Shown piece by piece: positions 54,303 to 64,000 of a stretch of 64,000 nucleotides of DNA. Position 1 is the stretch's first letter. Each line of letters opens with the position of its first letter. The stretch comes from Alphaproteobacteria bacterium (GTDB taxonomy: Bacteria; Pseudomonadota; Alphaproteobacteria; SP197). Position numbers and translations under genes: made by a program. Below the pieces are notes generated by a model. It made no database searches, was not told where the DNA came from, and saw nothing but the letters and a program-made list of their open reading frames with translations. The DNA is taken from positions 1,376,001-1,440,000 of the forward strand of contig OZ219747.1 of assembly GCA_964291265.2 (NCBI GenBank), read 5' to 3'.

Positions 54303-55230
54303 GTGTGCCAACTGGCAGATGGTATGGGGTGAAAGTCCCCTGTAACGAAGGAGTAGCCAAACCACGTTTCTCCGCGAGCCGTGCGTCGGTTCCCGCGAGG
54401 GGGCAGGCGAAGCGTCGGTAGCGGTACGGATGGGCAGGGCTAATGAGCACCGAAAAGACGACAATTCGGGGTGCCGAGGATTTCAGATCGGTCGAAGGCA
54501 ACATCGCAGGCATCGCTATGGTGAGATGTCGGCGAGCTCCGCGGTGTCAGAAAACCCATGCACGTCCGTACGCCTTCTGTTGGGACCCTGGGAGGTCTTC
54601 AAACTGTCCCGCCTGTCGTGGCGGGACCGTGTAGGGAAAGGAGAAAGCCGAAGCCTATGATGCACGGTTTGAAGAAGTCGGATGGGGTCGTAGGGTGTGC
54701 TGGGCAGCGCCCAAATCAGGTGGGTTCAAGTCCCACTGGCGCTCGGGTAAGGGGCGCCATATCCAAAAGCGGGGGTCATTCCTCGCTGGCCGGGGTGAGC
54801 GACTTCCTGGGCTTCACGCACTTCTGCACGGAGACCCGGAGAGGACGCTTCAGGCTTGGTCGCAAGCCGGTCGCAAAACGGGTCACAAGGACCCTGGCGC
54901 GCATCGAGGAGGTGCTTCGCAATCGACGGCATCACGACATATGGGAGGTCGGCATGTGGCTTGGGCGAGTTGTCAATGGCTGGTCCAACTACTTCGCCGT
55001 CCCGGGGTCGACCCGATGGCTGCGCACGTTCCGCCAAAGGCTGCAACGCCTGTGGCTGCGAGCGATCCGCCGCCGCTCCCAGCGCCACCGTTTTGACTGG
55101 AAGCGATTGGAGCGAATGACCGAGCTTCTTTGGCCGCGCGCCTCCATCCGCCACCCATGGCCGGACCAGCGGTTTACCGTCAAGCACCCGAGGTAGGAGC
55201 CGGATGGATTAGCGTCCAAGTCCGGATCTG
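54303..55230 (+). mobile_element. Group II intron copy 3, deleted and 3'-truncated after DV
   Basis: GTGTG start, 5' domains match 22930 onward; RT C-terminus 54801-55196 nearly identical to 1318-1713; empty site TGTTCCG^ACTGAC at 51357/51358. Confidence 0.9.
54695..54800 (+). mobile_element. 5' fragment of a nested second group II intron
   Basis: New GTGTGC start directly after AAGTCGGATGGGGTCGTAGG, followed by GTGGG-TTCAAGT-CCCAC hairpin. Confidence 0.7.
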
Positions 55231-55238
55231 AGGGTCTG

Positions 55239-55516
55239 ATGGGCACGATCGCGCAAGCCTAGGTCGAACAGGGAAGAGCCGAGGGACTCGAGAGGGAGGA
55301 TCGAACGAGGCCGGAGCGAGGGCAGGGAAGAAGGTCGCGTGGAAGGCCAGGCCGGAATTGTTCTGCGTCTTCTGGAACTGCGCTTCGGTGATGTGCCGGG
55401 TGCGGTCCGCGAGCGGGTCCGCGGAGCGTCGGCCGCCGAACTGGAGGCCTGGGCGGAGGCGGTGCTGGCTGCCACAAGCCTTGATGATGTGCTGGCCGCC
55501 AGGCCCAGGCACTGAG
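55239..55516 (+). pseudogene. Rpn-family C-terminal (DUF4351-like) remnant
   Basis: EGREEGRVEG, LRLLELRFG, ELEAWAEAVL..SLDDVL; internal stop and frameshift. Confidence 0.7.
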
Positions 55517-55975
55517 CCCGTCGCGCCACGCGCACCCGCCGATCATGGTGCCCGGCGTGACGCCGACGCACCCTGCGGACGGACAGATCGCATGGGTTGC
55601 GCCCCCTGCCTCCCTGCCGAGTCCCTCCCCGGCACACAGGAACCGGCGTCACGGGAGCGGGGAGCGAAACGCACGGCTGCGCAGGTTCTGATGGCAGACA
55701 ACCGGAACCATGCTCCATCGTCATCCGGTTCAGGTCGTGTGACCTGCCAAAGTCGGGCGACAGGCCCGGATCGCATCCAGGTTGAGGACAACGGAACGCT
55801 GCGATGACTCGGCAGCCGACCCTGCCTGATTCCTCTCCGGGAATGATCCGCCATCGCCAGGTTCAGCAGGGGACGACGTGCAGCCCACATGGCATTTTCT
55901 GCATCAGCTGGATGCTGCGCACCAGCGAAGGCGACGTCACCGCCACCTGCCACGAGAGGCGGTGGTTGATCGAAG

Positions 55976-56073
55976 GGCAGCGTTCGCTCACCCAGGAATG
56001 CGGGCGAGACACGGGACATGTGCGTGGTTGCCGCCGTCATCCTCATCATCGTCACCCTCGACCGAACGCTTGC
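55976..56073 (-). mobile_element. IS66-type MITE
   Basis: CAGCGTTCGCTCA...GACCGAACGCTTGC; same family as 21485-21608. Confidence 0.7.
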
Positions 56074-56364
56074 AGAGGCGCCGCCGGAACGCCGCCGGGA
56101 TCGAGAGCGAGGCATCCGGGCCGGAAACGGCACGCGGACGGCCGCGAAGCCACGGAGTTCGCCCAGGACATGCCGATCAGGCCTTAAGCTCTTCAGCCTT
56201 GTCGAAAGATAAGCCGCGGCATGAGGAATTCCTGCGGGCGCCTGACAGTCCTCTTGCCGGATGACCGGACAATCCCTATATTCCGGGCGACGAAGCGCGG
56301 GCGGGTTGGTGTCCGCGACCGGGGATGCCGGCAACGGTCCCCGGTGACGATGAGCGGATCATCC

Positions 56365-56661
56365 ATGAAGATTTCCATCACAGGTCATCAGACAGACGTC
56401 AGTGAAGCGTTGCGCCGCCACGTGGAGGAGTCTCTCGGCAGTGCCATTGACAAGTACTTTGCCGATTCGAAGAGCGCTCACGTGACATTCTCGCGCGAGG
56501 CGCAGTCTCACAGGGTGCACATTTCCGTCCATGTCGGACACGACATCAGTGCCGAGGGGCAAGGCGATGCGCAGACGGCGTCTGCCGCGTTCGGCGAGGC
56601 TATGGAACATGTGGCAAAACAGCTTCGGCGCAACAAGCGGAAACTGCGCGAGCATCACTGA
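56365..56661 (+). CDS. hpf: Ribosome hibernation promoting factor (short form)
   Basis: MKISITGHQ, KQLRRNKRKL; upstream of ptsN. Confidence 0.93.
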   Translation: MKISITGHQTDVSEALRRHVEESLGSAIDKYFADSKSAHVTFSREAQSHRVHISVHVGHDISAEGQGDAQTASAAFGEAMEHVAKQLRRNKRKLREHH

Positions 56662-56699
56662 CATGGCCCGCGCCGTGCCGAGCCGGATCGAGTGACGGA

Positions 56700-57164
56700 A
56701 TGGAGATCTCCTCGCTCGTGACGCCCGATGGCGTGGTCCCGCGCCTGCGGTCGGCCAGCAAGAAGCAGGTGCTCCAGGAACTGGCGCGCCATGCCTCGCG
56801 CATTGCCAACACCGATGAGCGGGTCATCTTCGATGCCCTTCTCGAACGCGAGAGACTGGGATCGACGGGGGTGGGGCTTGGCATTGCCATTCCCCATGCC
56901 AAGCTGCCCGGATTGCCATGCCTCCATGGCGTTTTCGCGCGCACGACCTCGCCGATCGACTTCGATTCCGTGGATGAGCAGCCGGTCGACCTCGTGTTCC
57001 TGCTGCTGGCCCCGGAAGACGCCGGTGCGGACCACCTCAAGGCCCTCGCCCGGGTGTCGCGTCTGCTTCGCAACCACGACATCTGCCAGAAACTCCGGGG
57101 TGCTGACAGTCCGGAGGCCATCTATGCCCTCCTGACCGAAGAGGAGACGGACCATCCGGACTGA
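56700..57164 (+). CDS. ptsN: PTS IIA-Ntr
   Basis: SKKQVLQ, RERLGSTG, IAIPH, HLKALARVSR. Confidence 0.96.
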   Translation: MEISSLVTPDGVVPRLRSASKKQVLQELARHASRIANTDERVIFDALLERERLGSTGVGLGIAIPHAKLPGLPCLHGVFARTTSPIDFDSVDEQPVDLVFLLLAPEDAGADHLKALARVSRLLRNHDICQKLRGADSPEAIYALLTEEETDHPD

Positions 57165-57170
57165 ACTGTC

Positions 57171-57611
57171 TTGCTGATTCACGGCACCTCGGTCGAGATC
57201 GACGGCGCCGGTATCCTGTTGCGCGGCCCACCGGGAAGCGGCAAGAGCGACCTTGCCCTGCGCCTGATCAGCGAACGCGAGGCGCGGCTGGTAGCGGACG
57301 ATCAGGTCGTGGTCAGCCCGCGGGACGGCCGCCTGGTGGCCCGGCCGCCTGCAACCCTGGCGGGCATGATCGAGGTGCGGGGACTGGGCATCGCCCGGCT
57401 CGACCACCATCCGTTCTGGGCTCTCCACCTGGTCGTCGAACTCTGCCATACCGTGGCCAGGTTTCCTGCACCCCGGCAGACAGTGATTGCCGGGTGTCCG
57501 CTGCCGGTCTGCCGACTTCATGCACCCGAAGCCTCTGCCGTGGCCAAGGTGGTGCTGGCGGTGAAGGCGCTCCAGGGCGCGGTGTCCATCGACAACGGTC
57601 CTGGCTGCTGA
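57171..57611 (+). CDS. hprK: HPr kinase/phosphorylase, short alphaproteobacterial form
   Basis: IHGTSV, GPPGSGKSDLALRL, LVADD, IEVRGLGI. Confidence 0.92.
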   Translation: MLIHGTSVEIDGAGILLRGPPGSGKSDLALRLISEREARLVADDQVVVSPRDGRLVARPPATLAGMIEVRGLGIARLDHHPFWALHLVVELCHTVARFPAPRQTVIAGCPLPVCRLHAPEASAVAKVVLAVKALQGAVSIDNGPGC

Positions 57612-57617
57612 GTGCAG

Positions 57618-57732
57618 GTCAGCGTTCGGTCACGGTGCAGCGATGACAGAACTGAGCGAATGCGAGTCTTGTGGGCAATGCGTGGTTGCCGCTGTCATCC
57701 TCATCACTGTCACCCTGTGACCGAACGCTTGC
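57618..57732 (-). mobile_element. IS66-type MITE, 115 bp, with target duplication
   Basis: GTCAGCGTTCGGTCA / TGACCGAACGCTTGC flanked by GAGTGCAG at 57610-57617 and 57733-57740. Confidence 0.92.
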
Positions 57733-58229
57733 GAGTGCAGGGCCTCGAGAACACGGCGATGCCGTCGGTCGTCCCGGTCCCCGGATTCGACCCGCGAAAC
57801 GCAGGAATGCTGCCGGGTCGCCGGGACTTCCTGCAGGGGGTGTCGTTTCCATGCCTTTGCATTCCGTGTTCAGCCGGCCCCGCGGCGAAGTCTGTTCGGT
57901 CGGGGACCCGGCGCCTGACGGCCTGACGCCCGGGCCCTTCAGTTCGGGATCGTGCACGTCCAGGATGACCTTCCTTGGCCTGAGCGTCTCGACCCGGTAC
58001 CGGGTGCAGTGTAGTGTAACGTGGCCATGATCGGGCCTCAGCAGGTGTTGTGTGACGCTGGGGGAAGAAGGCCATCTCCTGTGCGACCGCAGTTCCAGAA
58101 ACGAGAGGAATCAGGCACATTGTATCAACTGATCAGCAACCGCGGGTGCAGCTTGTCGTGTCATGGGTGACATGCCCTGCGCAAGGAGGGAGCTGAAGAC
58201 GTGACACGCTGCAATCCGGCAGGTGCCGC

Positions 58230-58634
58230 ATGATCGGTGTGGTTCTCGTGACCCACGGCCGCCTGGCCGACGAGTTTGTCGCCGCCATCAGGCATATCGT
58301 GGGTGACCAGGAGAACATGACGGCGATCTCGATCGGACCCGACGACGACATGAAGCAGCGCCGTGCCGACATCGTCGAGGCGGTTGCCGGTGTCGACAGC
58401 GGTGCAGGCGTCATCATCCTCACGGACATGTTCGGCGGCACGCCGTCCAATCTCGCCATCTCGGTCATGAACCCCGGAAAGGTGGAGGTCATCGCCGGCG
58501 TCAACCTGCCGATGCTGGTCCGACTGGCATCGGTCCGCCAGAACGCCACTGTCGAAGAGGCCGTTGCCGCGGCCCAGGAAGCAGCGCGGCGCTACATCAA
58601 CGTGGCCAGCAACCTCCTCAAGACCGAAACGTGA
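58230..58634 (+). CDS. PTS mannose/fructose-type IIA component
   Basis: LVTHG, TDMFGGTPSN, GVNLPML. Confidence 0.94.
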   Translation: MIGVVLVTHGRLADEFVAAIRHIVGDQENMTAISIGPDDDMKQRRADIVEAVAGVDSGAGVIILTDMFGGTPSNLAISVMNPGKVEVIAGVNLPMLVRLASVRQNATVEEAVAAAQEAARRYINVASNLLKTET

Positions 58635-58918
58635 CAGCCGGCACCTCTACCGCGGCGATGCGCCGCTGTTTCACCATTGTCAACGAACGGGGCTTGCATG
58701 CCCGGGCGGCGGCGCGCTTTGTCGCGGCACTCGACGCCTTCCATGCCACCGTCGAGGTGGAAAAGGACGGCATGAGAGTGTCCGGCAGGTCCATCATGGG
58801 CCTCATGATGCTGGCCGCCGCCATGGGCACGACCATCGAGGTCGAGGCCCATGGCGACGATGCCGGCGCCGCCCTCGATGCCCTCGCGACACTCGTCGGG
58901 AACCGGTTTGATGAGTAG
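58631..58918 (+). CDS. HPr/NPr phosphocarrier
   Basis: NERGLHARAA, SIMGLMML. Confidence 0.94.
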   Translation: MTAGTSTAAMRRCFTIVNERGLHARAAARFVAALDAFHATVEVEKDGMRVSGRSIMGLMMLAAAMGTTIEVEAHGDDAGAALDALATLVGNRFDE

Positions 58919-60671
58919 CGGAGGCGGCCTTCGGCTGGCCGGGCTGGGAATTGCGCCGGGCATCGCCATCGGGCCGGTCTACGTCGCCGAGAGCGACGCC
59001 CTCGAAGTGCCGGTCCACGAGATCGCAACGGGTGAGGTGGCGGCGGAAATCGACCGGTTCCACGATGCCGTGGCCCGTGGACGCGAGCAACTCGCCATCC
59101 TCTCGCAGAAGGCGCTGACACTGCATGGGAGCGCTGCCGAGGAGCTTGAGTACCTGCTGGTCGCGCACAGCCGGATGCTGGAAGATTCTCGTCTGGTCCG
59201 GGGTGTCGAGGAGAGGATCCGCGACAGGCGCCTCAATGCGGAGGCCGCCGTTTCCGGGGAGGTCGGCGATATCGTCCGGGCCTTCGAGAACATGAATGAC
59301 AGCTATCTCGCCGAACGCAGCAGGGATGTGCGCGACGTCGGCAAGCGGTTGTTGCACAATCTTATGGCCACCCCGTACCGCGCCCTCACCGACCTTGCTC
59401 CGGGCACGGTCGTGGTGGCCGAGGAACTCACGCCCGCCGACACCGCGCTCCTCGACCCGCGCCGCGTGGCGGGGTTCGTGACGGCGTCGGGCGGCGCCCA
59501 GGACCACACCGGCATCCTGGCCCGGTCCCTCGGTCTGCCCGCCGTGGTCGCCACCGGAGAACGACTGCTCGCACATGTGGCGAGCGGCGACCGCGTGATC
59601 GTCGACGGCGGCACGGGCACCGTGGTGATCAATCCCGATGCCGAGGCCGAGCGGGCCTACGAGAAACGCCGCGGCGAACTCCGCCTGCAGGACCGCAAGC
59701 TCCGCCGCCTGCGCGATGTCCCCGCGGTCTCGCGCGATCAGGTCCGCATCAGCCTGCTGGCCAACGTGGAACTCGTCAGTGAAATTGATCCCGCCCTCGA
59801 CCACGGCGCCGAGGGCATTGGCCTCTTCCGCACCGAATACCTCTTTCTCAACCGCGACACCATTCCCGACGAGGACGAACAGTACGTTCACCTCGCCGAT
59901 GTCGTCGAGCGCATGGCCGGGCGCACCGTGACCATCCGGACCCTTGACGCCGGCAACGACAAGCTGCCCTATTCGCTCGGCGAACCGGTCGGCGCCGGCG
60001 CCAATCCCGCCATGGGACTGCGGGCCATTCGCCTGTCGCTCAAGGTTGGCAGTCTCCTGGAGAACCAGCTCGCTGCCATCCTGCGCGCCGGCGCCCATGG
60101 CAGGGTGCGCATCCTCCTGCCCATGATCTCGACGATCTCGGAAGTGCGCCAGGTCCGCAAGGCAAGGGACAGGGTGGCCGAACGGCTGACGAGGGCGGGC
60201 GTGGCCATTGCCGACCCGCTGCCTCCGGTCGGCATCATGATCGAGATCCCCGGCGCCGCGCTCGCGGCTGATTCCCTGGCCGGGGTCAGCGACTTCTTCT
60301 CGATCGGCACCAACGACCTCACCATGTACACGCTTGCCATCGACCGCGGCGACGACCAGGTGGCCCATCTCTACAATCCGCTTCACCCGGCAGTGCTGCG
60401 GCTCATCCAGTTCACCACCGCTGCCGCCGAGCGCGCCGGTATCGGCGTCAACGTCTGCGGCGAGATGGCGGGCGACGAGAGAATGACGGCGATTCTCGTC
60501 GGCCTCGGTATCCGCGAACTTTCCATGGCCTCATCGGGGGTGCCGCGGGTGAAGCAGCGCATCCGCAGCCTCGACATCAGCGAGGCAGCACGGCGGACCG
60601 GGGCGATCATGGAACAGAACGACGCCGGCATGGTGGCAAGCCTTCTCGACGACTTCAACACGCTCGCCTGA
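58911..60671 (+). CDS. PEP-protein phosphotransferase enzyme I, no GAF domain
   Basis: HTGILAR, GIGLFRTE, NPAMGLRAIR, SIGTNDL, CGEMAG. Confidence 0.95.
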   Translation: MSSGGGLRLAGLGIAPGIAIGPVYVAESDALEVPVHEIATGEVAAEIDRFHDAVARGREQLAILSQKALTLHGSAAEELEYLLVAHSRMLEDSRLVRGVEERIRDRRLNAEAAVSGEVGDIVRAFENMNDSYLAERSRDVRDVGKRLLHNLMATPYRALTDLAPGTVVVAEELTPADTALLDPRRVAGFVTASGGAQDHTGILARSLGLPAVVATGERLLAHVASGDRVIVDGGTGTVVINPDAEAERAYEKRRGELRLQDRKLRRLRDVPAVSRDQVRISLLANVELVSEIDPALDHGAEGIGLFRTEYLFLNRDTIPDEDEQYVHLADVVERMAGRTVTIRTLDAGNDKLPYSLGEPVGAGANPAMGLRAIRLSLKVGSLLENQLAAILRAGAHGRVRILLPMISTISEVRQVRKARDRVAERLTRAGVAIADPLPPVGIMIEIPGAALAADSLAGVSDFFSIGTNDLTMYTLAIDRGDDQVAHLYNPLHPAVLRLIQFTTAAAERAGIGVNVCGEMAGDERMTAILVGLGIRELSMASSGVPRVKQRIRSLDISEAARRTGAIMEQNDAGMVASLLDDFNTLA

Positions 60672-60705
60672 GGCGGTGGACGGCTCCGCAGGTCTCTGAT
60701 AAGCG

Positions 60706-62040
<1,335 letters not shown>

Positions 62041-62049
62041 TGGTGCGGC

Positions 62050-63066
62050 TCAGGAACCTGGCACGCCTCTCGTCGTCGAGTATTCGAAGCGAAGCGGCTT
62101 GTCAGGCCACACCAGGGAATGGATGTCATGGGCGGCCATGGCGGCTTCGCTGAAACCGGAGAGAATCAGTTTCAGCTTGCCTGGATAGGTGACGATGTCA
62201 CCGATGGCATGGATGCCTGGTGTCGACGTGGCGCATGTCGCCGGATCGACACTGATGAGGTTCCTCTCCAGGTTGAGGCCCCAGCTGGCGATGGGCCCCA
62301 GTTCCATGCGGAGACCGTAGAAGGCCAGCAGGAGATCGGCCTCGAGACTCCTCGTGCGGCCATCGAGGTCGGCTACGACGACTCTCTCGAGACGTCCCTC
62401 GCTGCCCTCGAGTCCGTGAAGCTGCCAGGGCACCACCCGTTCGACCTCGCCCGACTCGACGAGCGCCTCGAAGCGGCGCACGGTCTCGGGCGCGGCCCGG
62501 AACCGGTTGCGGCGGTGCACCACCTGGATGCGCGCGGCGATGCCGTTGAGGGCCAGCACCCAATCGAGGGCGGAATCGCCGCCACCGGCGATCACGATGT
62601 TCTTGCCCCGGTGATCTTCCTTGCGTGTCACGAGATAGGCGACGGACCCCTCCTCCTCGAAGGCCTCGATACCGGCAATCGGTGGCCGGTTGGGTCCGAA
62701 AGCGCCGCACCCTGCGGCAATGACGACAGCCTTGCAGGCGATGACCGTGCCGGTGGATGTGGTGACGGCAAAGGCGCCGGCCTCGCCGCCGAGACGGACA
62801 ACCTGCTGGTCGAGGTGGTAGACCGGCGCGAAGGTAGCGGCCTGGCGTTCGAGACGGTCGATCAGGTCCCGGGCCTCGACCACGGTGAGGGCCGGGATGT
62901 CGTAGATCGGCTTTTCCGGATAGAGTGCCGTGCACTGGCCACCAATGGCATCGAGGGCGTCGACCACGTGGCACTGCATGTCGAGCATCCCCGCCTCGAA
63001 CACCTGGAAGAGGCCCACGGGCCCGGCTCCGACAATGACGATGTCGGTCTCGTGCGATGTGTGCAT
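62050..63066 (-). CDS. Thioredoxin-reductase-like ferredoxin-NADP+ reductase
   Basis: GAGPVG, GGQCTALYPEKPIYD, GGGDSA, YPGKLKLI, YSTT. Confidence 0.92.
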   Translation of the reverse strand: MHTSHETDIVIVGAGPVGLFQVFEAGMLDMQCHVVDALDAIGGQCTALYPEKPIYDIPALTVVEARDLIDRLERQAATFAPVYHLDQQVVRLGGEAGAFAVTTSTGTVIACKAVVIAAGCGAFGPNRPPIAGIEAFEEEGSVAYLVTRKEDHRGKNIVIAGGGDSALDWVLALNGIAARIQVVHRRNRFRAAPETVRRFEALVESGEVERVVPWQLHGLEGSEGRLERVVVADLDGRTRSLEADLLLAFYGLRMELGPIASWGLNLERNLISVDPATCATSTPGIHAIGDIVTYPGKLKLILSGFSEAAMAAHDIHSLVWPDKPLRFEYSTTRGVPGS

Positions 63067-63143
63067 GGCCGGTATCCTGTCCACAGGTCTCACAAGGCTT
63101 ACCCGAAGGCGGTGGGAGGGAACAACCCGGTTGGGGATTCTCC

Positions 63144-64000
63144 ATGAGCGCCATGCGCGAGAACGAGATCAGGGAGTTCCTGCAGCACTGCGGCTGGGAC
63201 GATGCGCGGCGCCGGCCGATTCCAGGCGACGCCTCCTTCCGCCGCTACGAGCGCCTGGAAGGGCCGAAGGGCCGGGCAGTCCTCATGGATGCGTCGCCGG
63301 ATGTCGAGGATGTCAGGCCCTTCGTGCGCATCGCCCGGCACCTCATCGCTGTCGGCCTCTCCGCCCCGGCCATTCTGGCCGGGGATGTCGCGAGGGGCCT
63401 GCTTCTCCTCGAGGATCTTGGCGACGGTCTCTACAACCGCATTCTCGACGAGGGGGCCGACGAAGGACTTCTCTACCGTGCCGCCGTGGAGGCGCTGGCA
63501 CGGCTCCACGGGAAACCGGTCCCGGAAGACGTTCCCCCCTACAGCGACGACCTCTTTCTCTTCGAGGTCTCTCTCGTGACCGACTGGTTCATGCCGCTCG
63601 CCGGCCTCGAGATCAGCCGCGCCGGTCGCGCTGACTTCCTCGCCCTGTGGCGCGACCTCCTGCCGCTGGCACGCAGAGTACCCGCCTGTGTGGTCCTCAG
63701 GGACTACCACGCCGACAACCTCCTGTGGCTGCCGGCGCGCGACGGTGTGGCGCGGGTGGGTCAGCTCGACTTCCAGGATGCGGTTGCCGGCCCGGTGACC
63801 TATGACATCGTCTCGCTGCTCAAGGATGTCAGGAGGAGGGTCTCCCCGGAGACCGTGGAGATGTGCAGAGCCCACTACCTCACCCTGATGCCGCATATCG
63901 ATCCCGGGGTCTTCGCCACATCCGCGATGATCATGACGGCCCAGCGCAACCTGAAGATTGCCGGCATCTTCAGCCGCCTGCTGGGCCGTGACGGAAAGAC
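63144..64000 (+). CDS. AmgK-like phosphotransferase (APH family), partial
   Basis: GDASFRRY, LLEDLGD, RDYHADNL, LDFQDA; runs off the window. Confidence 0.88.
   Translation, partial: MSAMRENEIREFLQHCGWDDARRRPIPGDASFRRYERLEGPKGRAVLMDASPDVEDVRPFVRIARHLIAVGLSAPAILAGDVARGLLLLEDLGDGLYNRILDEGADEGLLYRAAVEALARLHGKPVPEDVPPYSDDLFLFEVSLVTDWFMPLAGLEISRAGRADFLALWRDLLPLARRVPACVVLRDYHADNLLWLPARDGVARVGQLDFQDAVAGPVTYDIVSLLKDVRRRVSPETVEMCRAHYLTLMPHIDPGVFATSAMIMTAQRNLKIAGIFSRLLGRDGK

Noticed and set aside
54720-54736. tRNA T-arm-like GGGTTCAAGTCCC
   Set aside because: No cloverleaf; it fits a group II intron domain I hairpin after a GTGTG start.

Overview
High-GC alphaproteobacterial chromosome segment (lineage inferred from gene content; the load of IS/MITE/intron relics is what one would expect of a host-associated genome, which is inference only). 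Housekeeping blocks (tRNA-Ser, lepA-pheT-pheS-rplT-rpmI-infC-thrS; queG, fzlA-like, gltBD, uppP, tRNA-Leu, rnd, lptCAB; hpf-ptsN-hprK-EIIA-HPr-EI-ahcY, FNR, amgK-like) are separated by three accessory zones (about 1-6.9 kb, 15.8-32.8 kb, 49.0-56.3 kb). The most notable signal is a set of IS66-family elements with no tnpA/tnpB that instead carry a predicted DNA-modifying gene overlapping tnpC. Two elements with divergent transposases carry homologous compact Dam-like adenine methyltransferases, each behind a sigma70-like promoter containing a TAG-N10-CTA dyad. A third lineage carries a DUF4338 (DruA-like, Mom/GNAT-like) gene and has left many remnants and MITEs. Three copies of one group II intron family each sit inside an IS66 element: one has an intact RT, one is ORF-less, and two bear remnants of a second intron nested at the same site (twintron). 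The window also holds an RTX protein, a zincin protease with a TbpB-like barrel, IS-flanked glycosyltransferases and an IS-split Fic gene. No rpoN is found at its usual lptB-hpf position. All calls were made by eye; no searches were run.
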